Origin: Octopus sinensis
Taxonomy: Eukaryota
NCBI RefSeq assembly: GCF_006345805.1
Contig: NC_042998.1
Coordinates: forward strand, 199,640,001 to 199,704,000
Direction of reading: 5' to 3'
Length of the DNA stretch: 64,000 bases
In this document: piece after piece, positions 12,950 through 27,228 of the stretch
How the letters are laid out: every line of letters begins with the position of its first letter
Position numbering within the stretch: position 1 is the stretch's first letter
Translations under genes and position numbers: made by a program
The notes under the pieces: model-generated
What the model saw: only the letters and a program-made list of their open reading frames with translations
Told to the model about the DNA's origin: nothing
Databases searched by the model: none

Positions 12950-15410
12950 AAATATTAGGGAAAATCAAAAATCGTGAATATAACTGATGTAAACGATAAT
13001 TAATGTCGAAGTTCATGGAGTTAAAAGTTGAGCGGGAAAATGCTGCAAAGACCCATGGTAGTAAAGGTAGTTGCAATTCAAGATATCTAGGAAGGTTAAA
13101 TGGAAGGCAAATAAAGATAGATGACTAAAGATTAAAGTAATAGAGAATTTCAGAATGAAATATAAAAACAGATAAGAATGTTACAGACTGTTGAGTCAGA
13201 TAAAAATACTCGAGACAAGCAAAACGTATCAGTACCAGCAAAGCAACGCTTCCAGAAAGAATTTTGTCAAAAGCGAAACAATGAAACCGAACATCAGGAG
13301 AATTATATTAAAAATACTATAGCATCGTGGAACATTATTATATTAGAACAAGAGTATTAAAGACAATAAAGAAGCGGAATATGAACGAGAGATTAAAACA
13401 GATATAGAAAAGGTGTAAAAACAACAGAATATAAATATATTAGAGAAAAACATTTGAAAAGCTGCTTCACGAAAATCAAATTGGGAAGCTACTGAATCTG
13501 ATGATAGTCCGGGATTCTAGACTTAAAATCTTACAAGTAAGTACAGGTATTTAAGACCGAATCCTATTAATTGAATAGAAAATGGATCAATAGCATGTCT
13601 GACAAACGGTAAGAGATTGTGTTCTAATACAGAAACACAAAGAAAAGATAGGTAGGCCAGGAAATAAAGACCTATTTTATGCTTACTATCATTGCACAGG
13701 AAATGGTTAACCATTCTTAAACAATTAAATTGCTTAGCTTTCTGGTGGAGAAAGAAGATCGAAAGAAAATACAGAATAAAGACTAGGAGAACTGCTGGTA
13801 TATTGTCCATCAATTGCAATGTGAAGTAAGAATAAGAAAAAAAACAACATACAATAACATTCCAGGTAGCTTACATTTGGATTGGTTCAGGACATTTTAA
13901 TCCATGAGAAAAATAGCAATTTTTCCAAAACAATATTGAAATCGGTGGAAATAGAAGCAAAGTGTGCAAGAAAATAATTAGGAAAATTAATAGAGCAATG
14001 TTTCCGGGGAATCTGCCCTCTCGATGATTACTTTTCATTATTGTGATGATAACTTTGACAAGAATAATACGAAAATCCAGAATTACTTAAAAGCTTTTGA
14101 AGATCAGGGAGAAAATATATCGCCTAATAAATAATGATGATTTGGAACTATACACCGAAGATAAAGAAAAGCAATACAGAGAATATTAGCAAAAGTTTGG
14201 AATGAAAGTGTACAATTAAATTATGATGTTATGAAGGGAAATCCAAAGAGTACCTCTGATAGGACATATATAAGATAATATAACTTGATCACTGAAAGAT
14301 AATGAAGAGTATATATAGCCGTGGTTGGTCTTGGATGATGAGGTAAGGGAAACGGAAATGAGCGAGAAATTCTCCACTCCAATGGATGCAAAAGAATGGT
14401 TTAGAAGGTGCTTGATATAAAAACTACATCGAGATGATGTTATCAAGGCAATCTGTTTTCTGAGAAGAAACAACAGGAGAGGGTTGCTAAATGCAGAATA
14501 TACCGTACCTTCAAATCTGAAATTTATGGATTGAAAAATGTATGTTGTGATTAGAAATATCAAAGAAATCACTGAAACATGCTTTCCAGATGCTTCGGTG
14601 ATTCTGCCAATCCAGCGCCCTAATATTAATGGTGTCCAATTTATGACAGTAATTTTGATGGCGGGTATCAGTCGATTACATCGATCACTGCACAATAAGA
14701 TTAATTTTCTTGGGTGGGGGGGATCTACCGAAAGAAACAAAAACGAAAATTGCTGAGGACAAATTCAAACAAACCTGTATAGATAGAAATCGTTATTGTA
14801 AGTAATTTCAAAGATGTAGCTCTACGAAAGAAACAAACTTGAGTACCAACACAATGAACGATTTATTCGATAATTAGTAGTCTTAATATTATTGAATATA
14901 AAATTTCACAAAACGTACAGTGTGAACATTCCCTTTAAAATTTGAAAAGGAAACATGAAAGAAAAGAAAAAAGGAAATAACGAAATGTTGGATTACATAT
15001 CGAAATGGATAAGAGGGAGGTATAATATAGATAAAAGTGCAAATACTTGAATTGTAGGAAAATTTGACGTGAATGCTAATGTCCGTATTCTGGACTACAA
15101 TGAAATACTTAAGAAGATCCTATCAACAAAGCCTTGTAAGATAAGACGTTTCGAAAGGCTTGAGCCTCGTCTTGCAGAAGAACAGTGTATCGCAATCAAT
15201 ACCAAGAGATTATGAGGAGGCAATAAATGCAAAACAAAAACACGGAAAGGAATGGAAAACGATTTGATGCTGCAGCAGCATTGGTAGGAGATAAAGCATA
15301 TTGAATGAAAATATGGAAAAACAGCATTCAAAAGAATGGAAATGCACAATGGATTTGATGGGAAAATAGTATAAGAAATTGCAATAACGCAGCAAGCATG
15401 ACGGAGCATC
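12950..15410 (+). mobile_element. Decayed R4/Dong-like non-LTR retrotransposon (RT region), probably interrupted at ~14500-15100
   Basis: Frameshifted remnants in expected order: NWEAT (NWKAPG) ~13480, RPILCL (NYRPIxCL) ~13670, FQGDSLSP/LLFIIVM-like ~14000-14050, DDLELY (MDDLKLY) ~14135, RRGLLNAE (GGRGL) ~14475. Confidence 0.7.
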
Positions 15411-15419
15411 ACAAGCGAG

Positions 15420-15970
15420 GAATTTAACGTAGTGAAACAGCAAGCAGCCGGAAAGTTCCCAGAATTAACGAAGCATCCGAAACACTTGTTGAAATACGCA
15501 ACTGTTATTCATTTATTTTAACAACAATATTCACTGAATTTATAAAGGGACCAGCGTTAGCACTGGAATTGTTACTAGATTGCAAAACTATATTGATTCC
15601 GAAAAGATAACCACAAGAGACTCTGCAAAACTGCCGATGTATGATGTGTTTGGCAACGACATACAATTCGTTACATCTGTATTCTATAGCATAATGGCAG
15701 CTCACCCGGAAAATAATTATAGTTTTTCTAGGAGCGGAGCAGCAGTGTCGGAGAGGGATGCGAGATTTTAAAGAGTAGCAATTGTTAAACCAGCATTTAT
15801 CAAAGGCCGGAAAATAAACTTAGCATGACATGGACTGTTTAATCAAAAGCGTTTCATTGAAAACCTCACTTTGGAATATTACGGACAGTGCATATGAATA
15901 AACCAACAACAGCATTAACAAAGTCCATCAACTATGACACGTAAAACTGGAAAACATCACTGCAGGGCAA
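15420..15970 (+). mobile_element. Second R4/Dong-like RT fragment (N-terminal RT domains)
   Basis: RGCK/EQLL-like segment followed by KLSMTW...KAF...PHFGI (LSMAWIDYxKAFDSVPHxWI) at ~15820-15880; restarts a region already covered by the upstream copy. Confidence 0.55.
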
Positions 15971-16190
15971 ACAGAATACATGTTTCTGCGAATCTCTTCA
16001 GATTTATCAACTGAAGGTTATGCAATCACAATCAGCAACATACATACATACACCCATACGCACATGTGTGTATATATATATACACACACACATACATATA
16101 TCTATATATATACACATACACACACACACGTATATATATATATATAGAACTTAGAACTTAGAAAGGTTTTGGCCAGTATCGGCCCAGGCC

Positions 16191-16238
<48 letters not shown>

Positions 16239-16327
16239 ACACTCACATGTATATATATACACATGCACACACACATATATATACACATACACACACACAC
16301 ATATATGTATATATATGTATGTATATA

Positions 16328-16480
16328 TAGGAATGTGTGGCTGTATGCTAAAAAGCTTGCTTCCCAACAACAATGTTCGGATTTGAATCCCAGAGCATGA
16401 CACATTATAGAAGTGTTTTCTACTATATATCGCCCAGGCAACCAAACCATTGTTAGTGGATTTGGTCCAGGGAAGCTGAA
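16328..16480 (+). mobile_element. Diverged SINE family A 5' part
   Basis: GTGGCTGTATGCTAAAAAGCTTGCTTCCCAAC...GTGTTTTCTACTATA...AGTGGATTTGG similar to family A. Confidence 0.65.
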
Positions 16481-16483
16481 AGA

Positions 16484-16632
16484 TATTTCTTTATTGCCCA
16501 CAAGGGGCTAAACATAGAGGGGACGAACAAGGACAGACAAAGGGATAAAGTCGATTACATCTACCCCAGTGAGTAACTGGTACTTAATTTATCGACCCCC
16601 AAAAGGATGAAAGGCAAAGTCGACCTCGGCGA
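16484..16632 (-). mobile_element. SINE family B 3' fragment
   Basis: Reverse complement of GCCGAGGTCGACTTTGCCTTTCATCC...AATAAAGAAAT. Confidence 0.85.
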
Positions 16633-16870
16633 AGTTCCAGGCTTTAATGGTCTTGGGAAAAAACTGGTTGATGGCCCAAAATCTGATTTCTTTTACTAGT
16701 GTTAGAAAAACTGAGGGAGTGCTGCGATTTGTGTGTAAATCTGAGAGTGGAATGTGTTGAATAAAATCATAATTAACTGATCTTCCTGTATTTCTTTTAC
16801 CCAAAACGAGTAACTTTTCATCACGCCTCGGAAATACACACACACACACACACACACAAACAAACATATA

Positions 16871-16901
<31 letters not shown>

Positions 16902-17321
16902 CTGTTGTATCTGGGGACAGTAATTTTCTTTTTGTGTCTTATGATTTAACACACTCATCGGTAAAATTTCCACTTTTTTCTAATTTTTATTTTCCTAAAA
17001 TTTTCGTTGCGTCTGGCAACCTTTTTCGATTGTTTTGACTCTGTCTCTTATTTACACTGCGTTCCCTTTTGTTTGTTTGTGTGCATGTGTGTAGGTCAAT
17101 GTGTGTGTGTGTGTGTGTGTGCCTATACATGCATGCATGTACGTATATATGTATGTGTGTGTTTGCATGTGTATGTACGTTTATATGTGTGTGCATATGC
17201 AAACCAAATCCCAAAACGAAATATATATATATAGTGGTAATCTGGATGGAGTGCTGGTATAGATGGAGTGCTGGTAGAGGAGATATATATGTAAATGAAA
17301 TTAACGACTTTGTTTAAAATT

Positions 17322-17397
17322 CACTGCAATTGTTTCGACGCATTCTCACACCTATAGCAGATAGGCTAGATGTAGGGAAATCGTCCTCTTCAAAGAC
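17322..17397 (-). ncRNA. Degenerate minimal hammerhead ribozyme motif in a (TA)n-adjacent short element
   Basis: Minus strand: UUGAAGA-g-GACG...CGUC-GAAA-CAAUUG(palindrome)-C; long imperfect stem II; core and cleavage triplet degenerate. Confidence 0.45.
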
Positions 17398-17742
17398 ACT
17401 CCGATATCCTTGCATCTCACAGTCTGGAAACGTGGTGCCGCGAACTGATTTAGGTATATTTATGTCGTTTGTCTACAGAAAGAAATTTTCTCCATGACAA
17501 AATATAGTGAATAGCTTGTTTACGAATTTGAACTTGCCACTGACATATTCGAACTGGTAATGACATTGCAAAACGTTTAGAGTGAGAAGTAGGCCGAGAA
17601 TTGACCATTTCAGTGCATGTCAGCTGTTCTTTATCCTCTTTAGGGGTCCAAATTGACTTCCTTCAGCCCTCGACAAAGGTAACAGTTTCACGTCTCTCTC
17701 TAAAGTTAATACATTACCGTCTATTCTGTATACTTCTAAGAG

Positions 17743-18128
17743 TGGAGACGCAATGGTCCAGTGGTTAGGGCAGCGGACTCGCGGTCGTAGGATCGCGGTC
17801 CCGATTCCCAGACCGGGCATTGTGAGTGTTTATTGAGCGAAAACACCTAAAAGCTCCACGAGGCTCCGGCAGGGCGTGGTGGTGATCCCTGCTGTACTCT
17901 TTCGCCACAACTTTCTCTCACTCTTATTTCCTGTTTCTGTTGTACCTGTATTTCAAAGGGCCGGCCTTGTCACTCTCTGTATCACGCTGAATATCCCCGA
18001 GAACTACGTTAAGGGTACACGTGTCTATGGAGTGCTCAGCCACTTACACGTTAATTTCACGAGCAGGCTGTTTCGTTGATCGGATCAACCGGAACCCTCG
18101 TCGTTGTAGCCGACGGAGTGCTTCCACC
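17743..18128 (+). mobile_element. tRNA-derived SINE family C
   Basis: TGGTCCAGTGGTTAGG A box, tRNA-like head, ends GACGGAGTGCTTCCA; close copy at 60650-61042. Confidence 0.88.
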
Positions 18129-18137
18129 CATAGTTCT

Positions 18138-18420
18138 AAGGTCGACTTTGCCTTTAATCCTTTCGGGGTCGATTAAATAAGTACCAGTTACGCACTGGGG
18201 TCGATGTAATCGACTTAATCCGTTTGTCTGTCCTTGTTTGTCCCCTCTATGTTTACCCCCTTGTCGGTAGTAGTAAAGAAAGAGGTATTTCATCTGTCTT
18301 TATGTTCTGTGGTCAAATTCCACAGAGGTCGACTTTGCCTTTCATCTTTCGGGGTCTATAAATTAAGTACCAGTTGCGACTGGCCCCCTCCACAAAAAAT
18401 TCGAGCCTTGTGCCTAGAGA
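18138..18420 (+). mobile_element. SINE family B headless tandem units
   Basis: Two bodies joined at AAAGAAAG|AGGTATTTC (~18283); second unit carries the variant tail also seen at 6637 and 10509. Confidence 0.8.
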
Positions 18421-18740
18421 AAAATGTGGGTGACAACAATCACACAGCAATTAAATATCACAGGGTGTGATTTAATTTAATCTTCTCTTAACCTGTATGC
18501 CGAAGAATAACTTTTAGGAGCGGATACTTAGCTGCAAAATTTAGTGAGTCATCTTGGATCTGATAGGTTTTTCAGCAGGCTTAGATAATGCTTAAGGTCT
18601 CTGACTTCTTTGTCAAATACATTTGTATCGTGTGTAAATTTTCTTCTTTTATTACATACTTTTCCCATGTAAACTTACAATGTTGCTGTATTTGCCTCTG
18701 TAATGAACTTTCCGCAGTCAACCTAGCGGCCAATATTCGA

Positions 18741-18970
18741 AATTATTATTATTATTGTTATTGATGTCTGCACCGCTGTTGCTGTTATTGTAGTTGCACT
18801 TCTTCTTCTTCTTCTTCTTCTTCTTGCTCTTCTTCTTGTTCTTCTTCTTCTTCTTGTTCTTCTTCTTCTTCTTCTTCTTCTTCTCCTTCTTCTTTTTCTC
18901 CTCCTCCTCCTCACCATCATCATTATCATCATCATTATTATTATTATCATTGTTGTTGTTCTTGCTGTTG

Positions 18971-19024
<54 letters not shown>
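18741..19024. repeat. Compound trinucleotide microsatellite (ATT/CTT/CAT/GTT)
   Basis: Directly visible; explains poly-N/K/I/F ORFs. Confidence 0.95.
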
Positions 19025-19026
<2 letters not shown>

Positions 19027-19384
19027 CTTGCACCGTATGGTTTCGTCACTAAATGTCCAAAGCACATCTTCATTTTACATCTTTATCGACGTTCAAATTT
19101 TTCTCACATCATTCAAAAATGTAATTATTTTTCCAGTTCATATTTTTTCATTTCTCCCCTCTCTTTCTTTCCCTTACGTACATACATACGTATATACATG
19201 CATGCATGCATACAATCATACATACATACATACATACATACATACATACATACATACATACATACATACGTATGAGTATGTAATGTGTATAATAAGACAC
19301 ATATACATAAATACACGTTCACATCTCTACGCAAACACAAATACACGTGTATGCAAATATATATATATGTATGTATATACATAC

Positions 19385-19415
<31 letters not shown>

Positions 19416-20905
19416 AATAAATATATATATATATATATAATATATATATATATACATACATATATATATATACATATATATACACACACATACGTATATA
19501 TATATATGGATGCACACACATTTGTATAAATATATATATATATATAATATATATATATACATACATATATATGTATGTATATATATGTATCTATGTATGT
19601 GTAAAGTGTGAGCACAGGTTTGGTGTGTGTGCGTAGACTTGTACATATTTGACTGTCTCTCAGTCACCAACCCTCTGTCTTTCGCACTTACCCACCATCT
19701 GTGTCTCTCACTTGCTCTCTCTCACTCCCTCTCTCCTTCACTGTCTTTCCATCTATCCTATCTGGCTCTTACAATGATTGGATGCCATCATCTGGAAATG
19801 TCATGTACAATAAAATTTAGTTTTCCTTCACCGGAGGCTGAATGGACAATCGATAAATTTCTTATTTCAATATCTTCAATCCCAATTTTTCCATTTAAAT
19901 GAAAATACTAATAATACTGATGATGGTGTTAATAATAATAAAAAAACAAACAAACAAACAATAATATTATTAATGATAACAGAGATAAGCATAATAGAAA
20001 TAATATATTAATACTATTTCTAATAATAATGAGTTAATATTTGTGAGAATAAGTAATAAGAAAATCAGTGTTATAATCTATCAGCGTCAGTTTGAACAAG
20101 AACAACAAAAGTGATTATAAAATGGGAATGGAAAAATAATTTCCACGTGGATTAATTATTCGCGAGAGGCGTTAACTGCACAGTTAAACCTACACACATG
20201 CATGCATACCTAATACATACATACGTACGTACGTACATACATACATACATACATACATACATACATACATACATACATACATACATACATACATACGTAC
20301 GTACATACATTCATGCATACATAAATATCGTGAAAGAATACAGCCGGAATGCCTGTCAAGACCTAAGTAAAATCGATGCATACCAGATGAGACATAATAA
20401 CACATTTCTCTGCGAATGTGGATAGAATGTGAAAGATTAATAATAAAAAAAATAGCAAACCTGTATGTCGAGTTAACTAGAAATCTTCGAGCTATTTTGC
20501 ATAGAACATTTAGATTCATACCAAAAGTTTTGGCCTAGGGAAACGTAAAAATGGCTTCTTGAGAAGTCATCAAAAAACCAGATAAACAATGGCTATCTGA
20601 GTTATTACGGCCATAAGCAGTTAAAAACATATTTAAAATATGTATTACATTCTTCATATTTAGTATCCAATCTACTCGCACATAGATGTGTTAACATATA
20701 TAAAAGTCAATACATACAAATTCAATACATGAAATCATATCCATGTTTGCATAGATATATACGTGTACGAACACACACCTATACTTATATAGATTCATAT
20801 CTATGTATGTATATATGTATCTTATTTATGTATGTATGTATGTATGTATGTATGTATGTATGTATGTATGTATGTATATATGTATGTATGTATGTATGTA
20901 GTATG

Positions 20906-20958
<53 letters not shown>

Positions 20959-22709
20959 TAAAATCATAAATTATATGTTATAAAAATTATTACCTTTGAA
21001 GGTTATTTTTTCCATGCTGGCCACTTGATAAAATCGTTATTTTATTTTAAATTAACGATCTTATCCTTATATATATATGTGTATGTATATTTATATATAT
21101 ATATGTATGTGTGTGTGTGTGTGTGTGTGGTGTGCGTGTGTGTGTGTGTGCGTGTCTATTGCCAGATTACATGCTTCTAAATTCGAATGAAAGGGTCTTA
21201 TATTTTGTTAGAAACTGGGTACCTGCATATCAATGAAAAATTCTAAAAATATGATCAGAACGACATACTTATATATATGGAGATATCATATCAAACCATA
21301 CTAACATCAACTTACACCGTGAATCAGGAAATATGCTCTGCACCTTATCAGCAAAACTGTCATCTCAAAGATGCGACCATAAAGGAGGAATTTTTTTCTA
21401 GTTAGGCTGGATTATCAGAAACGTACGAACCTTTTCTCTATACGTGGATGTCAAAGGCCGTTAGACTCGCTAAAGTTGCAGATATGATAATTCGTCTCCA
21501 CATTCTACCACTGATAAAATAAAGCGTAGATAAATATATATCTAGGCAACATTTTTCTATGTCAATAATTATATTTTCAGGGAAACATCCCTTTTTATTG
21601 ATGAATCTAAAGGATGCCTAATAAAAAGACATTTACACAAACCTAACATATAATTTATTTGTAGACAACTTGAATAAATATATGCAAAATATATCAAAAG
21701 ATTCATAACAATTTGGCTACGACAGTCTTAAAAGCAAGATGTGTTTTGAGCAGAACAAAATACAAAAAACACTTCTAAACGAATGGGAAACGAACAGAAA
21801 ATTTAAGCCCCCAAGAATTTTAAGACTACCTGAAATTGTTACAACAATAGTGATATTAGACACTTCAGCCTGAGGCGAAAGCGAAGGGTCCAGGGTTTAA
21901 CATTAATTGTAAATGGTTTTCAATATCGAACAGCGGAGTACATTTGTAAACAATTAGGTTCCCTGGTAGGAATTGACAAAATTAAAAATATGAGAATAGG
22001 GAACTTCTACATCGAAGTAAAAAGAAACATGAAGATAATTCACTGTCTTTATACAATTATACGTGTAATTATTGTGGTAACACCTGCCTCACTACCAATT
22101 TCGAGAATCTGAGCTTTATAAAATACGAAAGGAAACGGTGAATCCAGAACTTTCAAGGCTTTAATGTAAATGTCAGTACAAAATATATAAACCATTCCAG
22201 AATTTAGTAAGTAATAGATAAGTATTCACTTGTGCCGTCATATGGGAGGGAGATTTGGAAATAGGGAAGTGGCGCAATGTCATATACCTAGCTAATTCCT
22301 CGGTTGCTACAAAGAACAATCTTTCACGTATTTGTAGTTTCAAAAAGTTAGTTTATCGACTTTATTTTTTGTAGTGGCATTCTACTATACGATAAGAAGA
22401 CAACTCCCGGAGTGTTTAAATCCTTTAATCTAACAGCAAGCATAAAAAAGTAAGACTAGCTTTCTCAGAAATTATTTAGATACATATCTAATTGCACAAG
22501 CGCATGCTCGCTGCTTTTTCTCATGAATGCGTTCGCATTTTCGCTTTTTGACAAGTTTTGTTTTCCTCCTACAGGGGTCCAATGAAAACTAGTCGAGTTT
22601 GTCGGTTTAGTTCCTGACAGCCAACTACTTACGTCTGGAACAAGTTTAGTTGTTACCTAGCAGCATATTTATGGCTACCAGGCATACATACGTATATTGA
22701 TACATATAC

Positions 22710-22908
22710 GCCATGATAGATCGTTAGCCACTACACACATTTTTTTCTATCCTTGTTTCTCTCCTTGTTTTTTTTCTGTGTCCCTTTCTGCAGAAGAGCG
22801 TAGGCTCGAAACGTAAAAGACTGTTTTTCTATTCCTGAGGGTTATACTAATACATCTGTTTGTTTTGTATACCACCTGTCTTTCCCTTTTTTTTTCGTAA
22901 ACTCTCCC
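22710..22908 (+). mobile_element. ~200-bp non-autonomous element with HHR-like motif and 14-bp TSD
   Basis: Begins GCCATGATAGATCGTTAGCCACTACAC, ends AAACTCTCCC; TSD TATATTGATACATA at 22693-22706 and 22909-22922; no tRNA head, no poly(A). Confidence 0.8.
22784..22819 (+). ncRNA. Minimal hammerhead-like motif (variant core)
   Basis: CUUU-CUGcAGA-a-GAGC(GUAG)GCUC-GAAA-CG-UA-AAAG: stem I CUUU/AAAG, stem II GAGC/GCUC, ACGU palindrome, GUA triplet; A6 replaced by C. Confidence 0.55.
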
Positions 22909-23826
22909 TATATTGATACATACTTGTTTACATCATACATACATGCATGTATACACACGCTTTAATACATACACAAAAAACATGTAAACACATTGTATCC
23001 AAATGTGAACACTTCTTAGAGACATATTTAATTTCTCAAAGAGCACCAGCAACAGTGAATGCTACCGTGTAGACGATGGGTATTGTGGTTGCTCTTGTGT
23101 GTCGGTACAAGATATCGTAGTATTTAATGAAAGCTCCATTCTCTGATCTGTGAAGTTCTTGCAACTGAAATTGAGGAGAGTGAATATAGCTTGTACAAAA
23201 TTCTACTAATTCCGCAGAGACGAGAAATTTTGCGCATGGTGGTACAGTAGTTGATGTTACGAAAACATACTCAACGATCTGCTAGGTTTCTAATAGTTCT
23301 TTTCATCAAGAAAACCCGATTGGTTTGTCTGCTTAGTCATGGATAATACACTTTTAGTACATGTTACCAGTAGCATTCGAATGGCTTGACTAAATATGAA
23401 TACAACATTAGCGCTAGTTTCTACATTGTAGAGGGGCGAAATGAATTATTTATAAACCTAACTTTTACACGATTCGAACGTTTAAGCTACGTTTTGTAAC
23501 AAAAGATTTCAGGTAGCAAATGGAATTTAAAAAAAAAGAAACCTATTCAATTCTACTAAGCAGCAGAAAAAATAGTTGATATGTCATGCGAATGATACTC
23601 AATACTGTGCGGAAGTGTGCGTACGTGTATGAGTGGGTGCTTGGGTGCGTGTGAGTGTGTGTGTGTGCGCGCGAGTGTACATACACACATGCGTATGTGT
23701 ACGTGCCTGCATGTATATATACATATGAATGAATATACAATTATACATAATTCTATATATTTTACATATATATATATATACATATGTGTATAATTCTATA
23801 ATTCTACATCTTTTACATATAGAAGC

Positions 23827-23884
<58 letters not shown>

Positions 23885-24242
23885 TATGTACATGAACACA
23901 TGTGTAAGTGAATGCATCAACACACACATACATAAAACATCTATATATCAACTTCTTTATCTATATACATTCATTCATATAGATATGCAATACGAAAGCA
24001 TAAAAAAATATTAGATTTAAATTCATACAGTCGTATCACGTAGGCATTCTAGCGGATATATATAACAATACTTTCATCTACCGAAAATTATCCAACGCAC
24101 ACACATACAGAAGGCAGATATATATGTGCAGTTATATATTTATATATACCTTTACTTATATATCGATATCATCTCTCTCTCTTTCACTTCCTTTCTCCCT
24201 CTCTCACTTTCTCTCTGTCTTTCTGTATTTATACATATATCT

Positions 24243-24286
<44 letters not shown>

Positions 24287-24925
24287 TATTGTCGTACAAA
24301 GATTACACACTAATGTATGATATCCATATATACTCGTACATATTCCTTAAGCATTTTCATTTTTTCTCCTTTTTCGGCATATGGACATAAAATTTAGCGA
24401 TAGATATTGTTTATATATATTATTTTACTAATTTTTGCTAAATTATCCTGACTTACATCTGAAAAAAAATTCTCCTATTATTCCAATTGTTAACGTACGT
24501 GCCTCATCTACTCGATAATTTTAATTAAATTGTAAATAATATTTTGCTTTTGAATATTTTTTTTCGTATTCAATTTTCAACAGATCTGTTTCATGAAATG
24601 GAATTTCTGTATGGAATTTTCATTGAGTTGATTTCTTTTCAAAGTAAAATTTCAGAAAATTAATCAGCAACGTGAAGCACCTAGTTGCATAAACATAAGA
24701 TAATACCTCATAGATACACATACACCATAGCACATACACATTAATTAAGTCTTCTTGTCTATAGCTGGAGAAGTATAAGAGGAGGATAAAATTCTGTACA
24801 CACACACACACGCACAGACACACGCCCACACACATACAGTTTCCAAGAATGACACATGCAGAGTACATTTATCATTGCCCTCACGACGTTTGCTATATAA
24901 ATGTTCTTTATTCCTATTTTCGTTA

Positions 24926-26090
24926 TTTAATGGGGCCACCTCCAATAACACGCAAATAGTGAGCGGTGTTCCGCGAGGCACTGTTTTGGGACCACTGCTG
25001 TCCATAATGGCACTGTTTTGGGACTACTGCTGTTCATAATGGCCCTCTCAGACATGCCCTCAGTCACGCACAGAGCCACGATCACAAGTTATGCAGATGA
25101 TACAAAACTGTCACAGGTACTACAGAACCCTGATGACAATATGCACTTGTAATGTGAGCTGGATGAAATATAAAAGTGGGCTGAAAAGAATAGCATGTAG
25201 TTAAATGCTGAAAAGTTTCAATCTTTATGCTATCAGCATACAAAACTAAATGCAATACTCAATAAATACACTGGACCTGGTGGGATTGCAATCCCAAAGG
25301 CACAATCAGTGCGAGACCTGGGTATTTACATGAGTAATGATGCAACCTTTCATGTGCATGTTGCTAAATTGGCAATGAAATGTAGGCGGCTGACCGGATG
25401 GATTCTTAGATCTTTTAGAACAAGAGACCAGGAAACCATGATGGTCCTCTGGAGGACACTTGTCCTAAGCCACTTTGACTATTGCTCTCAGCTATGGTCA
25501 CTAACCAATGTCAAATTAATCACAGAACTAGAGGCAATCCAACGAAACTACACGAAAAAGATAGCCTCTATGCAGCATATAAGATATTGGGAAAGACTCA
25601 AGAGATTAAGATTCTATTCCTTAGAGCGTAGGCGAGAAAGATATACCATAATATACATCTGGAAGATCCTGGAAGAACTTGTCCCAACCTTTAGCATCGA
25701 GAGTTACACAAATACTAGAATCGGGCACCACTGCATGGTGCCAAGGACTCCAAATTTGCCATCATGATGTAGGACAAAATACTGCGATAGCCTGGGCTTT
25801 AGAGATCCACAGCTCTTAAATGTCTTCCCGAAGGACATGAGAGACCTGCATGGGGTGGATGCAGATGTCTTTAAAATAAAACTGGACCTCTTTCTGTCAG
25901 GTGTCCCGGATGAACCAACTTCACGGCAGGAGGTGCAGATGAGGGCTGCTGCATCAAACTCTCTCATGCACCAAATGTCAATTGCTAAAAAGCATTCGTG
26001 AAGTAAAATCATGTAGCAACACCGAATGGCAGTGCCCCAGCATGGCCACAGCTCGTGAGCCGAAACTAGATGAAAATGAAAATGAAATGA
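24926..26090 (+). mobile_element. 5'-truncated LINE (CR1/L2-group or RTE-X-like; clade uncertain): RT C-terminal half plus 3' UTR
   Basis: SGVPRGTVLGPLL, SYADDTKL, RDLGI, HFDYCSQLW, SLERRRERY (ORF 25309-25767); in-frame stops; tail (ATGAAA)n. Confidence 0.9.
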
Positions 26091-26629
26091 TTGGTTGTCT
26101 ACAAACTATCTACCCATAGGTTTCGGACAAGGTACAAGGGTAAGTCACATGTTGTTCTCTTTTTGCGGAAATATATCTAGAACATATAGATGATGGGAAA
26201 AAATACTTGTATAAAATATATGCAGAACTTGTGACCATTAAGCGAACCAGAGTTTCACTATGTCAGAAAACAATAGCATAAACACTTTTTCAGTTACAGA
26301 ATAAAGATGCATCCAAGCTGTAAGCAGCAGAGCGATGCACAGCAATTCTCCAAATTTTGTCAATAAAACCGAATTAGGGTGTACAACGCAAGCGTAAAAG
26401 GTATAAAATTATCATAAGCAAAAGTGTGAATGGAAAACAATAGAAGTGGTAATGAAAACCATCTTTGCAGTACAACAACACGCTCCAGTCGTAATGTGTC
26501 TTGTTAATATATTGAGGGGTCTCCCTGTTCAGGATTTCAAGTGAACATAACTCGAAACAATTTAATTTAACCCAATGATTAAGCAGAACCTCTGAATCAT
26601 TTGTAAGTCAATATTTTGAAGAGAAAGAG

Positions 26630-27228
26630 GGCGGCGAGCTGGCAGAAACGTTAGCACGCCGGGCGAAATGCGTAGCCGTATTTCGTTTGCTGTTACGTTC
26701 TGAGTTCAAATTCCGCCGAGGTCGACTTTGCCTTTCATCCTTTCGGGGTCGATAAATTAAGTACCAGTTACGCACTGGGGTCGATATGGTCGACTTAATC
26801 CGTTTGTCTGTCCTTGTTTGTCCTCTCTGTGTTTAGCCCCCTTGTGGGTAGTAAAGAAATAGGTATTTCGTTTGTCGCTACCTTCTGTGTTCAAATTCCG
26901 TCGAGGTCGACTTTGACTTTCATCCTTTCAGGGTCGATTAAATAAGTACCAGTTACGCACTGGAGTCGATATAATCGACTTAATACGTTTGTCTGTTCTT
27001 GTTTGTGCCTTCTGTGTTTAGCCCTTTGTGTGTAGTAAAGAAATAGGTATTTCGTTAGCCGTTACGTCCTGAGGTCAAATTCCGCCGAGGTCGACTTTGC
27101 CTTTCATTCTTTTGGGTTCGATAAGTAAATATCAGTTACGCACTGGGGTCGACGTAATCGGCTTAATCCCTTTCTCTGTCCTTGTATGTCCCCTCTATGT
27201 TTAGTCTCCTGTAGGCAATAAAGATATA
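26630..27228 (+). mobile_element. SINE family B trimer (one head plus three tandem ~184-bp bodies)
   Basis: Junction AAAGAAAT|AGGTATTTCG at 26861 and 27045; flanking AATATTTTGA repeat. Confidence 0.9.

Noticed and set aside
21830-22090. Possible LINE ORF1 N-terminus (GIDKIKNMRIGNFYIEV)
   Set aside because: One weak motif, no zinc knuckle or ORF2 downstream
26630-27228. CRISPR-like or tRNA array
   Set aside because: Units are whole SINE bodies without unique spacers; no cas genes; SINE heads lack a complete cloverleaf
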